DNA of 60,044 nucleotides, filler included, from an uncultured bacterium (GCA_964637655.1; 4 parts of 4 records of this genome joined end to end with filler, not necessarily neighbours in it), one strand, 5' to 3'; positions 1 to 9,249 are shown, counted from the whole stretch's first letter. Notes: generated by a model from the sequence alone, not told the origin. Numbers and translations: made by a program.

Positions 1-270
1 GGTTAGTTCGGTGGCGTTGGTGGAAACGGAGAAGCGCACCGGTTGAGGCCACGTTTCGGCTTGCGCAACCAGCTGCGTGATGAGCTTGAAATTGAGCAGC
101 GGCTCGCCGCCGAAAAAAGTGATGCCGGAGGGTCCGCTTTTAGTGCGGGCAAGAAAGGTTAGCGCGGCAAGTCCGGTTTCCAGCGTCATGTCGACCGGTT
201 TCTTGTGGCTGAGATAACAGTACTCACAACGCAAACTGCAGCGTTCTGTGACGAACAGCGCCGCGCGCAT
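1..270 (-). CDS. Radical SAM protein, N-terminal part (truncated at window/contig edge)
   Basis: Manual translation MRAALFVTERCSLRCEYCYLSHKK...ITFFGGEPLLNF...FSVSTNAT shows CxxxCxxC and GGEP motifs; AAGGAG RBS upstream. Confidence 0.9.
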   Translation of the reverse strand, partial: MRAALFVTERCSLRCEYCYLSHKKPVDMTLETGLAALTFLARTKSGPSGITFFGGEPLLNFKLITQLVAQAETWPQPVRFSVSTNATELT

Positions 271-298
271 AGGGGGCTCCTTTCACAACTGCTCAATA

Positions 299-327
299 AT
301 GGTACAAGTATGCTGGATGACTGTCAA
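299..327 (-). promoter_or_regulatory. Sigma70-type promoter for the radical SAM gene
   Basis: TTGACA-17nt-TACCAT on the minus strand. Confidence 0.6.
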
Positions 328-501
328 CCTTGAGTATCGTGCAGGTGCGGTGCCAGAAAAGGTTTCACGGGTGTGTGACGCAACCTGAGGCGCAGATAGA
401 TCGACAGCACGTGGAGAAGAAGGAGACGCAGGCGGTAGCAGGTGCGGATGCGCCGGACGGGAGGAAAAGCGGCTGCAGGGAGGTCAACTCGCCGGAAAGC
501 G

Positions 502-530
502 TTGACGGCGGACAGGCAGGTTGGTATACT
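502..530 (+). promoter_or_regulatory. Sigma70-type promoter upstream of the cyclodeaminase gene
   Basis: TTGACG-17nt-TATACT with extended TG. Confidence 0.6.
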
Positions 531-646
531 ACGCCAAAACGGGAGCGGGCGTGGGGGCGGGAATTGAATCTCCTGCCGTCTAATCGCTTGTGGACCACTA
601 AACGTATGTTTAGCGTACCGGCAAACAACTATGAGGAGGAAACACC

Positions 647-1645
647 ATGCTGTATCTGAATGAGAAGGACATGCGGGATCTCGGCCTTATGCAGGATGAG
701 GCCCTGGCGGACATCTGGGAGATACTGACCGGGGGACTGATCGCCTACGGCGAAGGCCGGGCCAATCTCCCGCTCGATGCCTACCTCAGGTCTTCAAACG
801 AGTCGCACTTCAACCGGATTATCGCCAAGTTCGGCACCGTGGAGGAAACTGCCGGGTTGAAATGGATTGCCTCCGCGCCGCTGAACACGAAAAAGGGCCT
901 GCCGCGCGCGACCGGGCTGCTCATCTTCAATGACATCGTCACCGGCATCGCGTATGCCATCATGGACGCCGTGCCCGTGAGCAATATCCGCACCGCGGGC
1001 TGCTCGATGATCTTCCTCAAGAATTTCCGGCCCAATTTCAAGCGCGCGGTCATCTGCGGGGCAGGGGTCAACGCCCGGGAACACTATCGCCAGCTTATCT
1101 TCGGGAAAAAGGCCGGGTTCTTCCCGCACCTCAAGGAACTCGCGGTCTACGATCTCTATCCTGAAGCGGCGAAGAAGTTCGCGGCTGAATTCCCCGAAGA
1201 CATCGCCGTGCTCACCGATGTCGCGCAGCTGCCGGGCGACGACACGTGCATCCTGTACTGCACCAACGCACTGACGCCGCATATCGGGCCGGAACAGGTG
1301 AAGAAGTTCAAGCGACTGACCGCCAATCACATGAGCCTCCGTGACTATACGGCGGAAGGACTGGCGGCATTCGATTACGTTGCCGCCGACAGTGCCCAGC
1401 ATGTCGCGAAGGCCAGCACCTCGGTCGACCTCGCGGTGCAGGCGGGACTGGTGGCGATGGACAAGATCCATGAACTGCCGCGCCTGCTCATCGACAAAAA
1501 GGCCGGCAAGTCCAATCCTTTCCCCGAAGAGAGCAACGTGATATTCAACCCCATGGGGCTCGGCTGCCACGACCTGGTGCTGGGGCGCCATGTGTACGAC
1601 AAGGCCGTCAAGGCCGGCAAAGGCCTGAAACTCGATTACGTATAG
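647..1645 (+). CDS. Ornithine cyclodeaminase/mu-crystallin family protein, SbnB-like
   Basis: GLKWIASAPLN..GLPRATGLLIFND, RTAGCS, Rossmann GAGVNA, HMSLRD, FNPMGLG motifs; GAGGAGG RBS. Confidence 0.85.
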   Translation: MLYLNEKDMRDLGLMQDEALADIWEILTGGLIAYGEGRANLPLDAYLRSSNESHFNRIIAKFGTVEETAGLKWIASAPLNTKKGLPRATGLLIFNDIVTGIAYAIMDAVPVSNIRTAGCSMIFLKNFRPNFKRAVICGAGVNAREHYRQLIFGKKAGFFPHLKELAVYDLYPEAAKKFAAEFPEDIAVLTDVAQLPGDDTCILYCTNALTPHIGPEQVKKFKRLTANHMSLRDYTAEGLAAFDYVAADSAQHVAKASTSVDLAVQAGLVAMDKIHELPRLLIDKKAGKSNPFPEESNVIFNPMGLGCHDLVLGRHVYDKAVKAGKGLKLDYV

Positions 1646-1713
1646 GTGCCGGCTGCGGCAACTGCCCGGCTGACGTTTTCTTCGAACATCGGGCAGCACT
1701 AACGGACAAGAAG

Positions 1714-1744
1714 AAAGGGCGGCGGGATTTTCCGCCGCCCCTTT
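1714..1744. terminator. Bidirectional intrinsic terminator candidate
   Basis: AAAGGGCGGCGG-loop-CCGCCGCCCCTTT hairpin between convergent genes. Confidence 0.65.
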
Positions 1745-1877
1745 GGTGTGCCGTTATCCTGCTGGCAGGAAAAAGCGCGGGGCGTGATGAATGTCCGGTG
1801 TACCGGTGTGGCACTCGTCTGCTGTCGTCCAACGTGCCGCGCCGGTCGCGCCGGTCGGGGCAGGCAACCGCCCCTGA

Positions 1878-2489
1878 TTATTGATTTTCCTGTGCGGCTT
1901 CTTCCATTTTTTTGCGCAAACTGAGCGGGCGCATGTCGGTCCAGACCTCCTCGATGTACGCCAGGCACTCGTCTTTGGTTCCGTGCTTGCCGGTGTCCTG
2001 CCAGCCGAGGGGAAGTTCCCGGTCTGCCGGCCAGATCGAATACTGCTCTTCGTGATTGACCACCACCGCGTAGATTGTCAGATCTTCCCTCTCGCCGGCT
2101 GACGACCGGGTCGCGCCCGCCCGCGAGCGGTGTGGCACCGGGCTGTCAGCGGCAGGCGGCGGCGTAACCACCAGATCAATGCGCCGGCCGAGTTTCTTCG
2201 CCAGGCATTCGAGCACGGCGGCAATCGCGCCGGCGGCCTGCTGACTCAGGCCGGCCACTGCGGTGGTATCTGTCACGCGTGCGGCCAGCACCAGCGCGAT
2301 GACGCTGTCGGTTTCCGTCATGGCCACGGTGAACTGCCCGGGCGTATCGGCGATGCTCCCGACGATATGCTCGACCAGTTCCCTGACCATCGTTCCGCCC
2401 GGCGTTTCGGCGGCGCGAACCGGTCCGCCGGCAACCACAAGTGTACACAACGCCACTATCAGGCAACAGATGCTGCGCTTCATAGCCAT
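1878..2489 (-). CDS. Fusion protein: signal peptide + degenerate KhpA-like (KH) domain + C-terminal MbtH-like domain
   Basis: C-terminus [39 protein letters not shown] is the MbtH signature; N-terminus [24 protein letters not shown] is signal-like; middle resembles KhpA/UPF0109; GGGGAG RBS. Confidence 0.8.
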   Translation of the reverse strand: MAMKRSICCLIVALCTLVVAGGPVRAAETPGGTMVRELVEHIVGSIADTPGQFTVAMTETDSVIALVLAARVTDTTAVAGLSQQAAGAIAAVLECLAKKLGRRIDLVVTPPPAADSPVPHRSRAGATRSSAGEREDLTIYAVVVNHEEQYSIWPADRELPLGWQDTGKHGTKDECLAYIEEVWTDMRPLSLRKKMEEAAQENQ

Positions 2490-2685
2490 ACTCCCCGTTG
2501 ATATTTTCGGCCCGGTGCGCGCCCGGTTGCTGGTGCTGCTCCGCGCTCGGTCGGCAACAGGTCTCTTGTGCGGGCGAGTGTACCACCACGATCGTCAGGC
2601 GTCAACGGGCTGGCACAGTTTGCCGGACGGGCGCGGGTGCGCTATTATGATGAGCACGCGGCAGGTGCCGCGCATGGAGGAACTG

Positions 2686-3537
2686 ATGGGCGACGGGCAC
2701 GACAACACGCGGCGGACGACGGGAGCAGAACTGCGGCTGGGCATTCCCAGCCATCCGCAGGAGGAACTTGTCGACTGGATCCGCTGGACGCGGGAACACG
2801 GGTTCGCGTTCATCGAATTGTTCATCGAGGAGCCGGCGGCCGGAATTGACCGGCTCGACCGGCCCGCAGTGCGGCGGGCACTACGCCGCGAACTGGCCGG
2901 GTTCCCCTGTCTCGGGCATCTCCCCCCCTGCCTGCCGCTGGGTTCACCCTTTCCGGAATTGCGTCGCGCGGTGGTCGCGGTGACGGTGCGCTATGCGCGG
3001 TTTTTCGCGGCCATCGGCTGCCCGGCGATGACGGTGCATGCCAACTGGGCGAGTTCGCTTATCCCGGTACGCATGGAAATCGACTGGCAGCGCGACACCC
3101 TGGCGGCCGCAGCGGCAGCGGCACAGCGCGAGGGGGTGCGGTTGCTGTTCGAACTCATTCCGCACCGCTGTGACAGCCCGGCACACGATGCGGCCATCAT
3201 TGCCGGCATCCCCAATCTCGGCTACACGCTCGATGTCGGGCATGCCAACCTGCACGGTTACTCCGTGGGAGAATATCTGCGCCGGCGGGAACTCTTTGCC
3301 GCACTGCATCACCTGCATCTGCACGACAACGACGGTAAGGGCGACCGCCACTGGCCGATTGTGTCCGGCAAACGTCGCGCTGGCGGGGTGCACTGGGGCG
3401 AACTGATGACGTCGTTGCAGCAGCAGGGGTATCGCGGTACGATGACGCTGGAGTTTCATGCCGGCGGCCGCCGCGCCTTTCTCGCCGCGCGGCGCTACCT
3501 GCAGGAGTTGTGGACTGACGCGGGCGGCGCACTGTAG
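2686..3537 (+). CDS. Sugar phosphate isomerase/epimerase (xylose isomerase-like TIM barrel)
   Basis: LDVGHA, HLHDNDGKGDRHW and TLE motifs; GGAGG RBS before ATG 2686. Confidence 0.8.
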   Translation: MGDGHDNTRRTTGAELRLGIPSHPQEELVDWIRWTREHGFAFIELFIEEPAAGIDRLDRPAVRRALRRELAGFPCLGHLPPCLPLGSPFPELRRAVVAVTVRYARFFAAIGCPAMTVHANWASSLIPVRMEIDWQRDTLAAAAAAAQREGVRLLFELIPHRCDSPAHDAAIIAGIPNLGYTLDVGHANLHGYSVGEYLRRRELFAALHHLHLHDNDGKGDRHWPIVSGKRRAGGVHWGELMTSLQQQGYRGTMTLEFHAGGRRAFLAARRYLQELWTDAGGAL

Positions 3538-3591
3538 CTCGCTCCGCCGCGGCCGGCTGCGACGCCCGCTCTTGCCATGCTCTCGCGGCCA

Positions 3592-3700
3592 TTGGCCAGC
3601 GTCTTTGCCATCCTGTCGGTGCTGACGCGGCCGACCTCCTGTCGTTGGTCAGCGCCTTTGCCGTCCTGGCGGCGCTGACACGGCCGACCTCCTGTCGTTG
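3592..3700. repeat. Intergenic tandem duplication, 2 x about 53 bp
   Basis: TTGGCCAGCGTCTTTGCC...CGGCCGACCTCCTGTCG units start at 3592 and 3645. Confidence 0.85.
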
Positions 3701-3726
3701 ACGATGGACAGGCAGGGTGTTAGGAT
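3698..3726 (+). promoter_or_regulatory. Sigma70-type promoter
   Basis: TTGACG-17nt-TAGGAT. Confidence 0.55.
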
Positions 3727-3804
3727 GCGGGCACTGACAGGAAAAGCCGCGGAGGCGGGGAGCGATTGTCCCATGGATGGCCCATTGAACGTTCACTGGA
3801 CCGC

Positions 3805-5145
3805 ATGAAACCGGTACTGATAATCGGGGCCGGGCCGTGCGGGCTGGGCGCCGCCTGGTACCTGCACACGCAGGGGCATGCTGACTGGGAAGTGTGCGAG
3901 GCCAGCGCGCAGCCCGGCGGACTCTCGGCGTCGTTTGCCGATGCGCAGGGTTTTACCTGGGATGTCGGCGGCCACGTGCTCTTCACCAAGTACCGCGAGT
4001 TCGCGGGACTGGTGCGCAACCTGCTCGCGGGCGAGTTCCACGAGCATCAGCGTTCCGCGTGGGTACGCCTCTGCGACCCGGCAGCGTGGGTCCCCTATCC
4101 CTATCAGGAGAATATCCACTTCCTCCCCGAAACGCTGCGCTGCGAAGCGCTCGACGGGCTCGACCGGCGTACCGATGAAAGCACGGCGCACAATTTCGCG
4201 GAGTGGATAGGCGCGCATTTCGGGCCTGGTATCGCCCGCCAGTTCATGATGCCGTACAATAACAAAGTGTGGGGCACTGATCCGTGCGAAATGGATTTTC
4301 ACTGGATCGCGGAACGGGTGCGCACCATCGACGCGCAGGAATTGCGCGCCGTGCAGCCGGGTGATCCGCCGCGCGGCGGGTGGGGTCCGAATGCAACCTT
4401 TATCTTCCCGCGTCGCGGCGGCACGGGCGAGATATTCCAGCGTCTGGCGCAACAGGTTGGCAACCGCATCCGGTACAATGCGAAACTGGTGGCACTCGAC
4501 ACGAAGCGGAAGCTGGCGACCTTCAGCGACGGACGCGAGGTGGAATACCGCGCGCTGATCAGCACCGCGCGCCTCGATGAACTGCTCGGCCTGCTTCCCG
4601 GGCTCGGGGTGAGCGCGCCCCTGCGCGCGGTTGGCGGGGCGGTGGTCGGGCTCGGGGTGGAACACGAGGAGAAGAGCGGCAGATGCTGGTCCTATTTCCC
4701 CGACAATCCGCCCGGGTTCTACCGCCTGACCTGGTTCCATCATTATGCTGCGGCCAATGTGCCGGGTGCTGACACCTCGCGCTATGCCGCCTATATGGTT
4801 GAGACGGTCCTCCCACCCGGGACGCCGGTGCGCGAGCAGGAACTGCTCGATGCCGCGGTGGCGGGCCTGCGCCGCGCGGGCATCCTGACCGCCGCTGACG
4901 AGCAGAAGATCGTTTCGCGCTGGTTCCTGCCCGTCCCTGCCATCTACCCGGTGCCCGTGCTGGGGCTGCGCGAAGCGCTGCCGCGCGTGCATACAGCGCT
5001 TGAGACGGAGCAGATATTTTCGCGCGGGCGTTTTGGCGGCTGGTGCTACGAGGTCGGCAACATGGACCATTCGTTCATGCAGGGGTACGAAGTGGCGCGG
5101 CGCCTGGTCGATGGCGGACGCGAAGAGGTCTGGCACTCCGCATGA
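3805..5145 (+). CDS. FAD-dependent oxidoreductase, eukaryote-type UDP-galactopyranose mutase-like
   Basis: GAGPCG dinucleotide motif, DVGGHVLF, WVPYPYQ, WGPNATF.FP..GGTG, GRFGGW.YEVGNMDHSFMQG. Confidence 0.8.
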   Translation: MKPVLIIGAGPCGLGAAWYLHTQGHADWEVCEASAQPGGLSASFADAQGFTWDVGGHVLFTKYREFAGLVRNLLAGEFHEHQRSAWVRLCDPAAWVPYPYQENIHFLPETLRCEALDGLDRRTDESTAHNFAEWIGAHFGPGIARQFMMPYNNKVWGTDPCEMDFHWIAERVRTIDAQELRAVQPGDPPRGGWGPNATFIFPRRGGTGEIFQRLAQQVGNRIRYNAKLVALDTKRKLATFSDGREVEYRALISTARLDELLGLLPGLGVSAPLRAVGGAVVGLGVEHEEKSGRCWSYFPDNPPGFYRLTWFHHYAAANVPGADTSRYAAYMVETVLPPGTPVREQELLDAAVAGLRRAGILTAADEQKIVSRWFLPVPAIYPVPVLGLREALPRVHTALETEQIFSRGRFGGWCYEVGNMDHSFMQGYEVARRLVDGGREEVWHSA

Positions 5146-6035
5146 CACTCCCGGTCAGCGCGGTACTCATCTCGTGGCAGCGGCGCGATACGCTGCTCGC
5201 CACGCTGACGAAACTCACCGCATTGCAGCCGGCGCTGGCGGAGATTATCGTCGTTGATAACGGTTCAACGGACGGTACTGCGGCGGCGGTCGCGGCGCAG
5301 TTTCCGCAGGTGACGCTGCTGCAGCGCGGACGCAATGCCGGCATCGACGCCTATAACGACGGCTTCCGCCGCGCTACGCAGGATTACGTGCTTATCCTCG
5401 ACGACGATTCCTACCCTGCGCCGGACGCGACCGCGCGCGCGGTGACGCATCTGCAGCAGTCAGCGCGCTGTGCGGCGGTCGCTTTCCGCATCAGCGACGC
5501 GGTCACCCGGCAGGACGCGCGCTACTGGTTTCTCCCGCAAAGTGAGCAGCCGGCCCCGGCGACAGCATTTGTCGGTTGCGGGGCGCTGGTGCGCCGCGAC
5601 GCGCTGCTTGCCGCAGGCGGCTATGCCCCCGAGTTCTTTCTCTACGAGAACGAGGTGGAACTCTGCCTGCGCCTGCGGCTTGCCGGCTGGCAGGTCGACT
5701 ACCGTCCCGAATGCGTGGCGTATCACCCGAGCAGCACGAAGCGGGGCACGCCGAACATCATCTATTACGGGACGAAGAACAAACTGCTGACGGTCTGGCG
5801 TTTCCTGCCGGTGGCGAAGTCCATAGTGTTGACGCTGGAGTTCCTGCTGACCAACTGCTACCTGACGCTGCGCTTCGGGCACGCTGCCCTGCGCTGGCAG
5901 GCGGTCGCGCAGGCGTTGTGCGACTGGGAAACCTACCGCCTGCGTACGCTCACGCGCCCGCTGACGGAGGCGGAAGAAAAATTGCTGTGGCCGCTGATTG
6001 CCGAGTTGCGGCTGCTCACCTGGGTGAAACGATGA
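5142..6035 (+). CDS. Glycosyltransferase family 2
   Basis: IIVVDNGSTDGT, ILDDDS, FFLYENEVELC; ATGA overlap with the upstream gene. Confidence 0.9.
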   Translation: MTLPVSAVLISWQRRDTLLATLTKLTALQPALAEIIVVDNGSTDGTAAAVAAQFPQVTLLQRGRNAGIDAYNDGFRRATQDYVLILDDDSYPAPDATARAVTHLQQSARCAAVAFRISDAVTRQDARYWFLPQSEQPAPATAFVGCGALVRRDALLAAGGYAPEFFLYENEVELCLRLRLAGWQVDYRPECVAYHPSSTKRGTPNIIYYGTKNKLLTVWRFLPVAKSIVLTLEFLLTNCYLTLRFGHAALRWQAVAQALCDWETYRLRTLTRPLTEAEEKLLWPLIAELRLLTWVKR

Positions 6036-7102
6036 AACTGACATTGCTGTTGGTGCTGGCAGTGCTGTGGACAGCGCCGGTGTGCGCGGATAGCGACATC
6101 ATCGCGCGCTGGACGGAAATCTATGCCCGTCGTGGCCTTGCATTTACCGCGGATGAACTTAGCCGTCGCCAGGCGGACGGCTTGATGAGTCTGGGAATAG
6201 GAGAAGCAAAGGAGGAAATGTTCGAACTGCTGGAACAGATACAACCTGGGGATTACGAGAAGCTGCTTGCGGTACTGCTTGACCGGCAGGCACCGTTTTA
6301 CGTACGTCAGGACGCGGCAGACTATATGCGTGATGTGCCGCGCGCAGCATGGCCAGTCGGAGCAGTGGCGTTCCTGCCGGGGGTGTCGGCGCTCGCAGGC
6401 GATTCTCAGGAAGTGCTTGCACTTAGGGAACGGGTGATACTGTTGCTTGCATCGACGCGGCATGTGCCGGCAGGAGAGACGTTATACCGGTTGGGGAGTG
6501 ACTCGCTGCAACCGCATGTGCTGCGCCTGGCGGCGCTGAAAGCGTTTCCGTTGATGGCGCCACAACTGTTTGACGGTATTCCGGAACGCTATCTGGTGTA
6601 TGTACAAGAGCATCGGGATACACCAGGCAGTATCCGCGGAGATACGGGTGCGGAATTGATGGCGTGGGTGAAGGCAGCCGGGTACGACACTATGAATGTA
6701 CGTGAACTGACCCAGCTAGAGTGGGTTGCCGAAGCAAATCTGGGTGGCATCAGCTATGCCGCCCAACGCGTGCTGCAGGCGCAGAACAGCAACGATACGG
6801 TGGCAGGAGATTTTGCTGTGCGCTGGCGCGAGGTGCCGGCCCGGCCGCCGGACGGGTTCCTGGTGATGGCATTTCAGAATCTTATCGGCAGAGAACCGGA
6901 GGAAACCGCGCGTGTGCTGCGCGAAAAACTTGTAGACTTCGTACGACAGCGACACATTTCCGAACGTATTGGTGAACTGCAGGAATTGCTGTCGTTTGCA
7001 CGTGTGACGGTGCCGAAACAGTATCCGGTACTGCTGGCAGCGGTGGAACAGGCGCTGGCGGAGGAACGCGCGCGGGCCGGCAGCGGCGGGCAGGCGCCAT
7101 GA
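6032..7102 (+). CDS. Hypothetical secreted, probably helical-repeat (HEAT-like) protein
   Basis: Signal peptide MKLTLLLVLAVLWTAPVCA; ATGA overlaps at both ends. Confidence 0.65.
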   Translation: MKLTLLLVLAVLWTAPVCADSDIIARWTEIYARRGLAFTADELSRRQADGLMSLGIGEAKEEMFELLEQIQPGDYEKLLAVLLDRQAPFYVRQDAADYMRDVPRAAWPVGAVAFLPGVSALAGDSQEVLALRERVILLLASTRHVPAGETLYRLGSDSLQPHVLRLAALKAFPLMAPQLFDGIPERYLVYVQEHRDTPGSIRGDTGAELMAWVKAAGYDTMNVRELTQLEWVAEANLGGISYAAQRVLQAQNSNDTVAGDFAVRWREVPARPPDGFLVMAFQNLIGREPEETARVLREKLVDFVRQRHISERIGELQELLSFARVTVPKQYPVLLAAVEQALAEERARAGSGGQAP

Positions 7103-7557
7103 CCACCATCTACATCGACGCTGATGCCTGCCCGGTCAAGGAGGAGGTCTACCGCGTGGCGGAGCGCCATAAGCTGCCGGTCAAAGTGGTCGCCAATAGC
7201 CGCATGCGGGTACCTGACGACGCGCGCATCGAACTCGTGGTCGTGCCGGCGCTGGGGGACGATGCCGACGACTGGATTGTCGAGCAGTGCGGTCCCGGTG
7301 ACATCATCATCACCAACGATATCCCGCTGGCTGACCGTGCCTTGAAGAAGGGGTCACGCGCGCTTGCCCCAACCGGGCACGTGCATACCCCGGACAATAT
7401 CGGCAGCACGCTGGCGACACGCGACCTGATGCACCATCTGCGGGAGATGGGGACCATCGACGGGGGCGGCCCGCCGCCGTTCACGAAGAAAGACCGCTCG
7501 CGCTTCCTGCAGAACCTCGATGAGCAGGTGCGCGCCATCGTTCGCGCCGGCACCTGA
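7099..7557 (+). CDS. YaiI/YqxD family protein (UPF0178)
   Basis: IYIDADACPVK, ADDWIV, ITNDIPLA, GGPPPF motifs. Confidence 0.92.
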   Translation: MTTIYIDADACPVKEEVYRVAERHKLPVKVVANSRMRVPDDARIELVVVPALGDDADDWIVEQCGPGDIIITNDIPLADRALKKGSRALAPTGHVHTPDNIGSTLATRDLMHHLREMGTIDGGGPPPFTKKDRSRFLQNLDEQVRAIVRAGT

Positions 7558-7628
7558 ACGGCCGTCAGCCGGTTTTCCGCGCGGTCAATCTGTGGTATAA
7601 GTGACCTTGTACGCAAGGGGAGAAAACC

Positions 7629-9140
7629 ATGAAAAAAGCCTTTGACAATGCCAAGTACCTGCGGGAGCAGACCGCGGAGATCTTCCAGCGGGTGGAGCAG
7701 TTCAACAACAAACTCTACCTCGAGTTCGGCGGCAAACTGCTCTACGATTATCATGCCGCGCGCGTGCTCCCGGGCTTCGACCCGAATGTCAAGATGCAGC
7801 TCCTGCAGCAGATGAAGGAGAAGGCGGACATCATCATCTGCGTGTATGCGGGGGATATCGAGAAGCGCAAGGTGCGCGCCGATTTTGGCATCACCTACGA
7901 TGTCGACGTGCTCAAACTCATCGACGACCTGCGGGCGTGGGAACTCCCCGTGCGCGCGGTGGTCATCACCCGCTTCGCCGACCAGCCGGCGGCGGTCATC
8001 TTCAAGAACAAGCTCGAACGCTCGGGGGTCAAGGTCTACACGCACCGCCCGACGCGCGGCTATCCGACGGATGTCGACACCATCGTCAGCGACGAGGGAT
8101 ATGGCGCCAACCCCTTCATCGAGACCGACAAGCCACTGGTGGTCGTCACGGCCCCGGGGCCCAACAGCGGCAAACTGGCCACCTGCCTGTCGCAACTCTA
8201 TCACGAGCACAAGCGCGGGGTGCACGCGGGCTATGCCAAGTTCGAGACCTTCCCCATCTGGAGCATCCCGCTCAAGCACCCCGTCAATGTCGCCTACGAG
8301 GCGGCCACGGCGGAACTGCGCGACTTCAACATCATCGACCCGCACCACCACGCCGCCTACGGGAAAGTGACGATCAACTACAATCGCGATGTCGAGGTCT
8401 TCCCCGTCCTCAAGCGCATCCTCGAGAAACTGATGGACGGGAAATCACCCTACCAGTCGCCCACCGACATGGGGGTGAACCGTGCGGGGTTCGGCATCGT
8501 TGACGACGCGGCGGCGCAGGAGGCGGGACGGCAGGAGATCATCCGCCGCTACTTCCGCTACGCCTGCGAGTACGCCATGGGGTTTGTCGACAAGGAAACA
8601 GTGCAGCGCGTGGAATCGCTGATGCGCGACACCACCATCGGCATCGAGGCGCGCAAGACGGTGGTGCCGGCGCGCGAGGCGGCAGCGGCAGCGGAGAAGG
8701 AACAAAAGGGGTACAAGGGAATCTACTGCGGCGCGGCCATCGAACTGCCCGACGGGCGGGTGGTGACGGGACGCAACTCGTCGCTGCTGCACGCGGCGTC
8801 GAGCATGCTGCTCAACGCGCTCAAGACGCTGGCGGGGCTGCCCGACGGGCTGCACCTGCTCGCGCCCAACATCATCGAGTCGGTGCGCGTGCTCAAGAAG
8901 GAACTGCTGCGGCAGAAGGGCGTGTCACTCGACCTGACCGAGACGCTCATCTGCCTGGCGATGAGCGCGGCGTCAAACCCCTCGGCGCAACTGGCGCTGG
9001 AAAAACTGCACGAACTGCGCGGCTGCGAAGTGCACCTGTCGCACATCCCGTCATCGGGCGACGAGACGGGACTGCGGCGTATCGGCACCAACCTGACCTG
9101 CGACCCGACCTTCGCCACCAAGGACCTGTTTTTCGGGTAG
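7629..9140 (+). CDS. DUF1846 family protein
   Basis: KLYLEFGGKL, APGPNSGKLATCLSQLYH, GYAKFETFPIW, SPTDMGVN motifs. Confidence 0.9.
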   Translation: MKKAFDNAKYLREQTAEIFQRVEQFNNKLYLEFGGKLLYDYHAARVLPGFDPNVKMQLLQQMKEKADIIICVYAGDIEKRKVRADFGITYDVDVLKLIDDLRAWELPVRAVVITRFADQPAAVIFKNKLERSGVKVYTHRPTRGYPTDVDTIVSDEGYGANPFIETDKPLVVVTAPGPNSGKLATCLSQLYHEHKRGVHAGYAKFETFPIWSIPLKHPVNVAYEAATAELRDFNIIDPHHHAAYGKVTINYNRDVEVFPVLKRILEKLMDGKSPYQSPTDMGVNRAGFGIVDDAAAQEAGRQEIIRRYFRYACEYAMGFVDKETVQRVESLMRDTTIGIEARKTVVPAREAAAAAEKEQKGYKGIYCGAAIELPDGRVVTGRNSSLLHAASSMLLNALKTLAGLPDGLHLLAPNIIESVRVLKKELLRQKGVSLDLTETLICLAMSAASNPSAQLALEKLHELRGCEVHLSHIPSSGDETGLRRIGTNLTCDPTFATKDLFFG

Positions 9141-9172
9141 CGTCTGTGGTTGCCTGCTTTACGGCGGATACC

Positions 9173-9193
9173 TTCACCACAGAGCACACGGAG
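9173..9193 (+). repeat. Single copy of the CACCACAGAGCACAC repeat family
   Basis: TTCACCACAGAGCACACGGAG matches the units at 10436 and 10568. Confidence 0.7.
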
Positions 9194-9249
9194 TGTCTCA
9201 ACCAATTCCGTCGTCATACTGCGTGCCTGTGCGTGTAGTTCTCTAATAG

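Noticed and set aside
365-628. Minus-strand ORF with a Cys-rich tail (ACVSFFSTCCRSICASGC) upstream of the radical SAM gene as a possible RiPP precursor
   Set aside because: TTG start without a clear RBS, overlaps the plus-strand promoter, and the radical SAM gene has its own promoter downstream of it; not enough support, though a homologue search would be cheap
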